Shown here: positions 1 to 9,185 of the stretch, in pieces
How positions within the stretch are numbered: the stretch's first letter is position 1
Layout: each line of letters begins with the position of its first letter
Assembly: GCF_006345805.1 (NCBI RefSeq)
Contig: NW_021827449.1
Location: forward strand, 1 to 10,327
Direction of reading: 5' to 3'
DNA: 10,327 bases
Origin: Octopus sinensis
Taxonomy: Eukaryota
Translations under genes and position numbers: made by a program
The notes under the pieces: generated by a model
What the model saw: the letters and a program-made list of their open reading frames with translations, nothing else
What the model was told of the DNA's origin: nothing
Database searches by the model: none

Positions 1-62
<62 letters not shown>

Positions 63-130
63 CAGACAGACATACACATAAATAAATAGATAGATAGACA
101 GACAGACAGAAAGACAGGTAGGCAGACAGA
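1..130 (+). repeat. (GATA)n microsatellite grading into GACA/AATA variants
   Basis: Pure GATA x15 at 1-60, followed by degenerate GACA/AATA/GATA units to ~130. It probably continues beyond the window edge. Confidence 0.97.
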
Positions 131-341
131 TTGTCATACATTTAGATGGAAGTTTCTAGTACGGTAAATATCTAGACCTCATTAAGGTCCGTACTTTTCT
201 GTTCTCTCCAGAAGGATTCAGTTCTCTGGAGAAATGGTAAATGTCTTCGGATCAACGGTTCTGTGAGTGATGTATTAACGTAAAGTTAGTGTTGTTAATG
301 AGGGGGATAATATAACCGCAAAAACAGTGGAGTGTGTCGCT

Positions 342-520
342 ATGTATGATGCATGTATATATAATCGTTTATATTTCTATGTCATATATGGATATTTGGA
401 TATATGTATATGTGTATGAGTATATATATGTGTGTGCGTGAGCGTGCGCATGCTCCTGTGTGTGCGCGCGCACGTATATATGTGTGTATATATATAAGAA
501 TATATATGTGTGTGCATGTA
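342..520. repeat. Degenerate TA/TG low-complexity tract
   Basis: Interspersed tatata, tgtgtg and gcgcgc runs, which explain ORF 369..566. Confidence 0.8.
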
Positions 521-850
521 TTTGCCTGCGTGTATTTTGTGCATTAATGTCTACATTATTCGACATAACCTTTCTTTTATTTGAGCGGTAAGATGTAATT
601 CCAGAGAGATTCGGTTTCCATTTTTAGCGGCTCGGACCTCCTTCGAGGCTCCTACTTTACTCGTCTCATAGATACTCTACGAGTCGCTGGAAACTTTTAT
701 GTGACTAAAGGAATCAAAGTGAAGCGACATGTAAGCGATAGATACATCTTTCTCATTAAGTGTCCTCATGATTACAAATTTTCCCAATTTGGATTCTTTG
801 TTCAAAAACATCTCATAAACCAGAGTTCAAAATGTTATATTGATAAAATA

Positions 851-936
<86 letters not shown>
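851..936 (+). repeat. (ATCT)n microsatellite
   Basis: About 21 perfect ATCT units; source of the YLSI repeats in ORF 701..1039. Confidence 0.98.
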
Positions 937-1151
937 ATACGAGCAAAACGCCCCCGCCCAATGGACGGTGCTAAGTTGTCAAACATTTAAACCAGATTTT
1001 CTCAAGGCCTCCCCTTTGAGAAACACTGATTTAACCTAAATTTGAGACAACAGAAGAAATAAAGATAGACTTTTTTCTATTCCAAAGAAAAACGATTTTA
1101 TTCACACAAATATGCAACCGAAGAGTACCAGTAATGATAAGGCTGTTGACT

Positions 1152-1354
1152 TATCAGAAGGCATCAAGGGGAATATAGACGAAACTGGAATAGAGTACCC
1201 AGCAGAACTGTTAGAAAAGGTTTGCTTCCTTGGCATGACCAGAATAATCAGGAAAGTAATAGATAGCGGATAAAAACGAATAGTATGGCACCGTAGGCTG
1301 CAGGTAGTAAGTCCACTCCAGGAGCTCCAATAAAATCTGTGATAAAGAGAAAAT
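1152..1354 (+). mobile_element. Inverted 3' terminus of an R4/Dong-like non-LTR retrotransposon (ORF C-terminus, stop codon, 3' UTR)
   Basis: The + frame reads SEGIKGNIDETGIEYPAELLEKVCFLGMTRIIRKVIDSG* (TAA at 1271-1273), resembling the 'LQK..LLGTARI.R.VL' C-terminus of RLE-type LINEs. It is followed by ~80 nt of UTR with AATAAA at 1329-1334 and then (TA)n. Confidence 0.85.
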
Positions 1355-1465
1355 TATATATATATATATATATTCTGGTCATGCCAAGGAAGCAAACCTT
1401 TTGTAACAGTTCTGCTGGTTACTCTATTCCAGTTTCGTCTATATTCCCCTTGATGCCTTCTGATA
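1152..1465. repeat. 95-bp inverted repeat (arms 1152-1246 and 1371-1465, 124-bp spacer)
   Basis: Base-by-base reverse-complement comparison gives 93/95 matches, with mismatches only at 1198/1419 and 1214/1403. Confidence 0.97.
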
Positions 1466-1588
1466 CTGTTCCCAAGGACCCTATAATTGGCACTATCTTC
1501 ACTTATATTTTCCATAGCCACCTTTTTCGTACTCAATAGGGTTGTATCTACCATCTGTCTGTCTGTCTATCTCTCTATCTATCCATCC

Positions 1589-1643
<55 letters not shown>

Positions 1644-2730
1644 CATTTTTTTTTGTCTTCGTACTTTCACGGGTCAAAGTGGCATGCAACATCATCTATA
1701 TATCATATGTGGTGCATCATGTCCACCAGGTCCGGTCTGTTATGTTCTAGCATCTGATCTGTTTGGACTGGGAAATCTCCGAGGATTTTGCTAGTTTCCG
1801 ACTTTGCCACTCTCTGCTGTTTGTGCTCATACCACGTCTTGCCACTGTCTAACCCCCACTTATCGCACAGTTCCCAATGTATTACTTTCACTATCTGCAC
1901 GTGTTGCCACAACTTGTAGTGGTTTTGTGCAAGTCAGGGTATTTGTTCGTGATATGAGCAATGGTTTCATCCACTCTATTGCAGATGCTGCACAGTGGAG
2001 ACAATTGCTTATTCCTAAAGTTTTACCCTCCAGTTCTTGGCCAAAGCTTGGTCTTGCGCTGCTAGTACACTGCGCTTTTGTTTTTTTTTGTTTTTAGTGT
2101 TCCTTTCGGCAACCAATCTTTCCTGTGTTTTCCAGCAACTTCTGTTGTGGCTAAATGGAATTGATTGCGTAGGCCCTTGTTGCGTAATTCTTCTTCATGT
2201 CTTTTTGTACTTCCTTTGTTGTTTTTCCTTTTTTCTCTGCTTTCAATACTTCCTCGTTCCTAACTGACACTAGCAAGGTTTCCTTACTTAGGGTCTAGAT
2301 ATCTCAGTGAGGTCTTGCGTTCGAAACGTACGCATTCTTCCACACTTATCAGTCCCCTTCCTCCATTTGCTCTCTTCATGTATAGGCGATCAGTGTCTCC
2401 GCGTGGATGATGGGCTCCCTGCATCGCTAGGAGCTTTCTTGGCTTCCTTTATCTCCTCCTCTGTCCACCTCAGGATTTACTGCGACTGCGCGGGAGTTTA
2501 TTGCCGAAATTATGTTTCTTGCATTCAGCTTTGAAGTCAATATTTTTCTCACTCGCCGCAGGTACTCTCTTTTTGTCTTTTCCATCATGTCGTGGAATTT
2601 GATTCCATCTACCTGAAGTATTCCCAGGTATTTATAGCTGGATTGTGGTTGAATGGCCTTTATCATTTCACCACTTGGCAGCCATATGCCTTCTGTCCTG
2701 GCAAGCTTTCCTTGTCTCAACACCATCGTG
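1371..2730 (-). mobile_element. Decayed, 5'-truncated R4/Dong-like non-LTR retrotransposon (end of RT, thumb, CCHC knuckle, restriction-like endonuclease)
   Basis: Collinear minus-strand motifs across frameshifts: SSYKYLGILQ...EYLRRVRKILTSKLNARNIISAINSRAV (2726-2480); HPRGDTDRLYMKRANGGRGLISVEEC (~2408-2333); LAAQDQALAKN (~2065-2033); CSICNRVDETIAHI (~1992-1951); VIHWELCDKWGL..WYEHK..KILGDFPVQTDQMLEHNRPDLV (1912-1725); DVACHFDP (~1693-1670); VKIVPIIGSLGTVS...LLQKVCFLGMTRI (~1503-1371). Contains stops and frameshifts. Confidence 0.92.
1553..1643 (+). repeat. (TCTG)/(TCTA)/(TCCA) compound microsatellite interrupting the LINE endonuclease region
   Basis: Tetranucleotide array with LINE coding remnants on both sides. 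Confidence 0.95.
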
Positions 2731-3041
2731 GGCCCCCTCAGCTTAATGTTTCGTAGTCTCGTTGGAGGGACCTGGCCCGTCCTGCTGTATGCAGATTATT
2801 ACTAAATGCAAGATAAATTCTCAAGAATATAAACAAAACAAAAGAAACTAATTCGATAACGTCAAATACGTAGAAAGAAATAAGATATGAATTGAGATCT
2901 TCCATCTTTGATCAGCTTTGATGGCACATAATGAGTATTGCTGAGGAACAAGAGTCATGTTGCCAATAACACTGTGTTACACGATTTTTGTTCTTGAGTA
3001 GCGATTGTTATTTCCGATTTTCTTGTTCCTAGAAAGTATGA

Positions 3042-3260
3042 AAAATGGCTAATATTTCCTTCAAACTTTGCCTTTGTTATGATATTTATTCAAACCCCAA
3101 AATCCCCTCTCAGCACAAGCTATGATGCTCCCCAACTAATCCCGCTCATGATCAGAGATGCACATATTTTCAGCCACTAAGGGAGATGCTCAACTGGTCA
3201 TGGTCAAGCAACTGACAAGCAAAAATCTGGTACTGAAAAGAATATTTGCTATAACGATAT
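3042..3260. repeat. Probable old interspersed repeat fragment of unknown class
   Basis: The segment 'gctatgatgctcccc...tgatcagagatgcacatat...cagccactaaggga.atgctcaactgg...caactgacaagcaaa' resembles a dispersed repeat I recall from octopus genomic sequence. There is no second copy in this window. Confidence 0.4.
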
Positions 3261-3448
3261 TTCTGCATCAGCGCTGAATCGGTGTGAAATGTAATGGAAA
3301 AGAAGTCAGTTTCTGAACATTGATGTCCCGATCAAAAATGCAAAGTCTGAAGATAAAAGTAGTCATTTCCTTTTATTTCTAGACAGAATGAAAGGGAAAT
3401 ACCACTAACTGGCCAAAGGCTAAAATATTACAAACTTTGTGAAAGAGT

Positions 3449-3660
3449 GATTAGATCGACCCCAGTAAGCAACTGGTACTTAATTTATCGAGCCCGAAAA
3501 GTAAAGCCGACCTCGGCAGAATTTGAACTCAGAACGTAAAGACATATGAAATACATATTTCTTTACTACCCACAGGGGGCTAAATACAGAAGGGACAAAC
3601 AAGGACAGACAAACGGATTAAGTCGATTGTATCGACCCCAGTGCGTAACTGGTACTTATT
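3449..3660 (-). mobile_element. Head-to-tail partial dimer of tRNA-derived SINE family A
   Basis: The minus strand reads core end (aataagtaccagtt..actggggtcgat) plus a 3' tail, then B-box-like gagttcaaattc plus gaggtcggc...cgataaattaagtaccagtt..actggggtcgat. Internal direct repeat at 3455/3631. Homologous to 9636-9740. Confidence 0.85.
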
Positions 3661-4263
3661 GTGACAATAATAAAGACTGCTTGATTCCTTGTTAAATGGT
3701 AACAAATGGCAACTACAGTGGGCCCTGCTTCCGGATTCCTGGGAATTATCGTTGCAGCCATCGTCATTGTCGTTGTCCTTCCAGTCGCTTGACCCCTGCT
3801 CAGCATGCTCCAGCTGAACCATATACGAGGAGATTCGACTCCTCAAGTTTCAGTTACTTCACTTTTCAGGCATAACATATCTAGAAACACACGATGTAAT
3901 GTGTGTTCTCTATTTCAAACATGACTAGCCTGTAATTTCCACAATATTTGACTGCACTTTCTAACAGGTCCAGCGACCACTCACAAGGCAGCTTGTGGCT
4001 TTGTCGGTGGATGTAAGCCAAGATGGAGAAAATAACGACAACGCTACATTCATTGTTTGCATATAGCCTCGCAATAATGTCTTAAATCTTAATTAAAACA
4101 GTTTTTAAAAATCCCTAGTAACGTCACGAAGCGCAATTCCCAGGCGTAACATGGCAAACTGGGTAGTCTGAAAAAATCTTCACCAGAAGCATGTTTTTTT
4201 ACATTTTTAAGATTATTTTTAGTATGTCACGTGCTTCTCATTTTTTTCTTTTGTTTGCTTTCT

Positions 4264-4307
4264 TGTGGTGGTGGTGGTGGTGGTCGTGGTGGTCGTGGTT
4301 GTGGTGG
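4264..4307 (+). repeat. (GGT)n microsatellite with CGT/TGT variants
   Basis: Direct reading; produces the poly-W and poly-G stretches in the ORF track. Confidence 0.92.
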
Positions 4308-4388
4308 CAAGTTCGTTTGCTTGAGAAAACTACACAGACATGCGTACATACTCACATGTATGCAGGTACGAATATCGATATGCATTCA

Positions 4389-4526
4389 GACACACACACA
4401 CACACACCACACACACACACACACATGTACACGTATTTGGTCTGGCGATTTGTTTGTCAGTCTGTCTCTTTCTTACATACACATACATACATACATACAA
4501 ACATATATATATATATATGTATGTAC

Positions 4527-4557
<31 letters not shown>

Positions 4558-4930
4558 GATATATATATACATACATATATACATACACATACATACGTAA
4601 GTATATTTATGTATGTATGTAAGTACAAGAATATATATATATATATGAATGCATGTATTTTTGTATGTGCGTATGTGAATATATATGTATATGCAAAACA
4701 CAGAGTTCGACCAGAAAATAATAGCATCACAGCAATTAATATTTGCATTATATTGAATTCATTATTTTTCTTGTTTGCAAACGTGCACCGAACCCTTCAT
4801 ACACACACACGGACACACACACACGTCAGACATGCAATAGACAAATCACGATGCACACACAAAATATAAATTCACACATACACGCACACAGAGGCACATA
4901 CACACACACATACACACACACATAACACGC
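4389..4930. repeat. Compound (CA)n/(TACA)n/(TA)n microsatellite region
   Basis: CA at 4389-4424, TACA/TA at 4476-4695 and degenerate CA at 4800-4925. Confidence 0.9.
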
Positions 4931-5004
4931 ACTCACAAATATGCACAGAATGGCACAGATAGACGCATGCGTAGACTGTGTTACGCTTATTTGCTTAGCG
5001 TTTA

Positions 5005-5246
5005 CCACCACCACAACCACCACGACCACCATCATCATCATCATCATCAACATCATCATCATCATTATCATCATCATCATCATCATCTTCATCATTATCA
5101 TCATCATCATCATCATCTTCATCAATATCATCATCATCATCATCATCTTCATCATGATCATCATGATCATGATCATGATCATCATCATCATCATGACCAT
5201 CATCATGACCATCATCACATTCATCATCATCATCATCATGATCATC

Positions 5247-5293
<47 letters not shown>

Positions 5294-5313
5294 TATCATC
5301 ATCATCATCATCG

Positions 5314-5392
<79 letters not shown>

Positions 5393-5510
5393 CATCATCA
5401 TCACCATCATCAACATCAGCAACAGCAGTAGTAACAGCAAAAACATCCTCATCAAATGCAGCAGCATCAACATCATCACCGTTATTATGATCGTTCTCAT
5501 TATCATGATT
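5005..5510 (+). repeat. Long (ATC)n trinucleotide array with an ACC start and degenerate AAC/AGC/ATT end
   Basis: ACC units at 5005-5030, a nearly continuous ATC array to ~5415, then decay to ~5510. Source of the poly-I, poly-H, poly-M and poly-D ORFs. Confidence 0.97.
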
Positions 5511-5572
5511 AATTGTCGGATTTATCGTCAAAAAGATCAATTTCTCCAAGATTTTTTCATATACACATTAAG

Positions 5573-5664
<92 letters not shown>

Positions 5665-5694
5665 GTTTATCTATCTATCTATCTATCTATCTAC

Positions 5695-5757
<63 letters not shown>

Positions 5758-5758
5758 G

Positions 5759-5806
<48 letters not shown>
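5573..5806 (+). repeat. (ATCT)n microsatellite, about 58 units
   Basis: Near-perfect array with a few point variants (~5665, ~5694, ~5758). Confidence 0.98.
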
Positions 5807-6134
5807 GGCCCAGTGGTTAGGGCAGCGGACTCGCGCTCGTAGGACCACGGTTTCGACTCCGAGACCGGTAGTTGCGTGAGTTTATTGAGCGTAAACACCT
5901 GCAGCTCCACAATCTCCGGCACAGGATGGTAGCGAACCCTGCTGTATTCTTTCACCACAACTTTCTCTCACCCTTTCTTCTTGTTTCTGATGTACCTGTA
6001 TTTCAAAGGGCCAGCCTTGTCACACTCTGTGTCACACTGAATCTCCCCGAGAACTACGTTAAGAGTATACTTGTCTGTGGAGTGCTCAGGCACTTGCACG
6101 TTAATTTCACGAGCTGACTGTTCCGTTGATTGGA
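5805..6134 (+). mobile_element. tRNA-derived SINE family B, copy 1 (slightly 5'-truncated, tail type 1)
   Basis: Pol III A-box TGGCCCAGTGG at 5806-5816 and B-box-like GGTTTCGACTCC at 5849-5860. 5805-5980 aligns with the reverse complement of 8848-9023. The 3' boundary is approximate. Confidence 0.88.
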
Positions 6135-7277
6135 ACGGAGCATCTGTGACAACCTCCATCTGATGCGCTACATCGTAGACGGCCTAGTTAAGGAACCTGG
6201 CATGGGTGGGGCCCTGATCAAGTCAGATCAATCCAAACTTACGTGGAGGCTGTCCTCATGGCATCCGGTTTCGGTAACGTCTTCCGCGGCTGGATGGCTG
6301 CCTTATACAGAGGCATCCGTTCGGTAATTCGCGTGAATTGGCATCTGTCGAAACCTTTCGTCATTGAAAGTCGGTCCGTCTGGGATGTTCCTCTCGTCTC
6401 TTCTGTGCGTACTGACTCTCGAGCCACTATTGCGGAAGCTGGCGACACTGAGGGGCTATCTGCAAGAACTGGGGTGCAGGACGATCGTGTCCGCATACAA
6501 GGATAACGTTACCTGATAGGGTCCGAAAGAAAAAGAACTGGGACGAGATAACGAGTAGGGTGGACACACACTCTTCGCAATTGGCCGAGAGGAAGCTGTC
6601 CCTAAAAGGTCGGGCGGAGGTGGCGAATGCGTACATAGCGTCCGTCATCTACTACCGCCTGACCGTCGTGCCTTGCCCCGACCCTACCATCACCAAACTG
6701 GAATGCATCCTCTTCCGCTTCTGATGGAAAGGAAGCGTTCCAATGGTCAGACGATCCGTTTGCTGTCAATACCCGCTAAAAGGAGGGCTGGGCATGCCGT
6801 GGTTGATGATGCGCAGACACGCGCTCAGACTGCGACATCTCCGGCTCTTCGTAGACGTCGGTGGACAGATGTGGTCGCCGTTTGTGTGATGCGCTTTCCC
6901 TCGGCTCGTCTCTGTGACCGAGCAGCATTCGTGGATCAAGGAGAGGCCGAGAAAGGGCGAATGGCACCGCGAGTGTCGCGTTGTGACTACATCACAACCG
7001 AAGCATTTTATAGGGGATTAGTGGAGGGGAGATACGACGACGATCTTGGGGCGAACCTGGGCGTCGACGAGGAATACTTGGCCCGCCTGTTCAAGACGAA
7101 TTTCGGGCCGGGACCTATGAACAACGTCCAGAGAACCCTGGCCTGGCAGTGCTGTCGAGAAGCATACCCGTTCGAGATAATCTCTACAGCCATGGCTGGA
7201 GCAACACTGGATCAACTTGCCCGAGATGAGGTCAGAGCGACGAAACCGTTTGCTCGAACTCGTGCAGTGTCCAACCA
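6135..7277 (+). mobile_element. Decayed Tx1/L1-clade LINE ORF2 fragment (RT through zinc knuckle)
   Basis: Collinear motifs across frameshifts: RSICDNLHLMRYI..GGALIKSDQSK; GFGNVFRGWMAALYRGIRSVIRVNWHLSKPF; VLTLEPLLRKL; SAYKDNVT (degenerate YADD, 6490-6513); RKLSLKGRAEVANAYIASVIYYRL; FRF*WKG; KGGLGMP (~6779-6799); TLAWQ; CPR*GQSDETV..(LVQCP). GC content is well above the flanks. Confidence 0.92.
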
Positions 7278-7585
7278 TTTCCTACACACACGCATTCGTT
7301 CACTCACTCACACACACACTCGTGATTACTCGAACGTTCCGTATTACTTCCATTATCTAATATACATTTTCTAAATATTTTGGCTTCTTCTTTTTCATTA
7401 TCACGTGTTTTTCTCTCCTTCTTCTCTCCTCTTTCTTCGTCATAGTTTTCATTCTTTTCGACCACTTTTTCTTCTCCATTTCCTGGTTACAATTCTTTTA
7501 CTTACAACTTGCGTGACGTCCGCATCGTTCTTTCGTGTTCTTTACTTCCATTTTCATCATTCAATCATTTTTTATCTAAAGTGAC

Positions 7586-7606
7586 ATATATATATATATA
7601 TTAGAT

Positions 7607-7656
<50 letters not shown>

Positions 7657-7682
7657 TATATATTATATATGCCTGTATATAT
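7586..7682. repeat. (TA)n microsatellite
   Basis: Direct reading. Confidence 0.95.
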
Positions 7683-7793
7683 TTGCCCATTTATTTAGTT
7701 ATTTATGTTTATATTATATATTTTTACTTTTCTTTCGTATATTTTCCCCAGTAGACCATCTTTAAATTTTTTTGAAGTCACAGTTTTTAAAGG

Positions 7794-7844
7794 TATATAT
7801 ATATATATATGCACGTGTATATATATATATATATATACACACAC

Positions 7845-7930
<86 letters not shown>

Positions 7931-8190
7931 TATACATATATATATATAATATACATATACATATATATATATACACACATATATATATATATATATGCAC
8001 AAACAAATGTGTGTGTGTGAGTGTGTGAATGCGTGCGTGTGTATATATAAGTGTATATAATATATATATATATATATATGAATATATATGCACATATATG
8101 TATATACACATACATGTATATACCTATACATATATATATGCACATATATATTTTTTTTTTCAAATACCTATGCATATATACATATACGCA
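7794..8190. repeat. Large compound (TA)n/(CA)n/(TG)n microsatellite
   Basis: Direct reading; source of the YIYI ORFs. Confidence 0.95.
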
Positions 8191-8732
8191 CAGACTCAAA
8201 AGCGCACAAACACACAGACCTGTATACGTATATCAATACGCACCTCACCCCTACCCCCCATAGGTATTCCTATCAGGCATAAAAGCTAAACAAATGACAA
8301 CAAACCAACCATATTCGATAATGAAATTTTGCAATGGAAATGAAGAAGACGTCTCCATTGAACGACCCAGACCTGGAACAGTTTAATTACTTCGCTTTAA
8401 TCTTCCGTATTTTCCTAATTTGATAGAGAAATATAGAAATACGGTTTGTTATTGTCAATGATATCGTGAAACTATTAGCCCCATGCACCACCAAGCACGC
8501 CTTTTCACTGTAATGTTCTGTTCGTGGTGTGTGCATTTATATTGGTATATGGACTTACACACGCACATGTACATATACGCATACACACACATATATATTA
8601 TATGTGTGTATATGCATACACACACATATAAAGAGAGGTAAATAGACAGTAAGTTAAACAGACCGAGCGAGAGATGTGTATATCATGTCTGTTTGTATGG
8701 ATATGTGTTTGTATATATATATATATATATAT

Positions 8733-9035
8733 CACCGTGACCGACCAGGCTATCAGATGTTGCTACACATCGCTGGTCACAATGCGCTTCGCATTGTTTT
8801 AGCCTTTCAAATGACGCCACCTCGCTGGCTAAGCGAGCAGGCCAACAGAAGAAAGAGTGAGAGAAAGTTGTGGCGAAAGAGTACAGCAGGGATTGCCACA
8901 ACCCCCTGCTTGAGCATCGTGGAGCTTTAGGCGTTTTCGCTCAATAAACACTCACAACGTCCGGTCTAGGATTCGAAACCGCGATCCTACGACCGCGAGT
9001 CCGCTGCCCCAACCTCTGGGCCTTTGCGCCTCCAC
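8733..9035 (-). mobile_element. tRNA-derived SINE family B, copy 2 (apparently full length, tail type 2), embedded in (TA)n
   Basis: The minus strand starts gtggaggcgcaaaggcccagaggttggggcagcggactcgcggtcgtaggatcgcggtttcgaatcc (degenerate A-box, B-box-like) and ends ...ggtcggtcacggtg-(AT)n. TA runs lie at 8712-8732 and 9037-9056. Confidence 0.9.
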
Positions 9036-9110
9036 CATATATATAATATATATAATAAACACTCATGCACTCATAAGCTTACACACACACCAAAACACAC
9101 CCCCACACAA

Positions 9111-9114
<4 letters not shown>

Positions 9115-9172
<58 letters not shown>
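9115..9172. repeat. (TA)n microsatellite, about 29 units
   Basis: Perfect array preceded by a CA-rich tract. Confidence 0.97.
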
Positions 9173-9177
<5 letters not shown>

Positions 9178-9185
9178 TGCTTCTT

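Noticed and set aside
205-232. Hairpin TCTCCAGA/TCTGGAGA
   Set aside because: An 8-bp stem with a 12-nt loop is expected by chance in 10 kb, and there is no supporting context.
3815-3880. Hammerhead-ribozyme-like string on the minus strand (CTGAAAAG-TGAAGTAACT-GAAAC...GAGGAG/CTCCTC-GTA)
   Set aside because: The core lacks the G of CUGANGA and stem I cannot pair. At best it is a dead remnant; an Infernal search with hammerhead models would settle it.
594-3980. Weak similarity between 594-640 and 3931-3978 (tgtaatt...ttt.ta.c.g..c..acc)
   Set aside because: Too short and degenerate to support from this window alone; they may be remnants of an old repeat.
4264-5030. (GGT)n at 4264-4307 and (ACC)n at 5005-5030 as terminal inverted repeats of a DNA transposon
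   Set aside because: Similarity is limited to the simple repeat and a few short words. There is no target-site duplication and the interior is only microsatellite.
5805-5870. tRNA gene (also 8965-9035 and 9590-9660)
   Set aside because: A and B boxes are present, but there is no convincing acceptor stem or cloverleaf, and each continues into a shared SINE body.
4826-5879. Long ORFs of 154-312 aa (poly-His, poly-Asp, poly-Met, poly-Ile) suggesting metal-binding or biomineral proteins
   Set aside because: They are the alternative frames of one (ATC)n array plus (ATCT)n, open because these repeats lack stops in most frames. There are no non-repetitive domains or splice evidence.
6673-7374. 233-aa ORF as an intact gene
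   Set aside because: The first half is off-frame relative to the Tx1 RT-downstream motifs. Only ~6983-7163 is in the true LINE frame, so it is a frameshifted relic.
7695-8289. Cluster of Tyr/Ile-rich ORFs on both strands (also 4191-4925)
   Set aside because: These are translations of (TA)n and (CA)n microsatellites.
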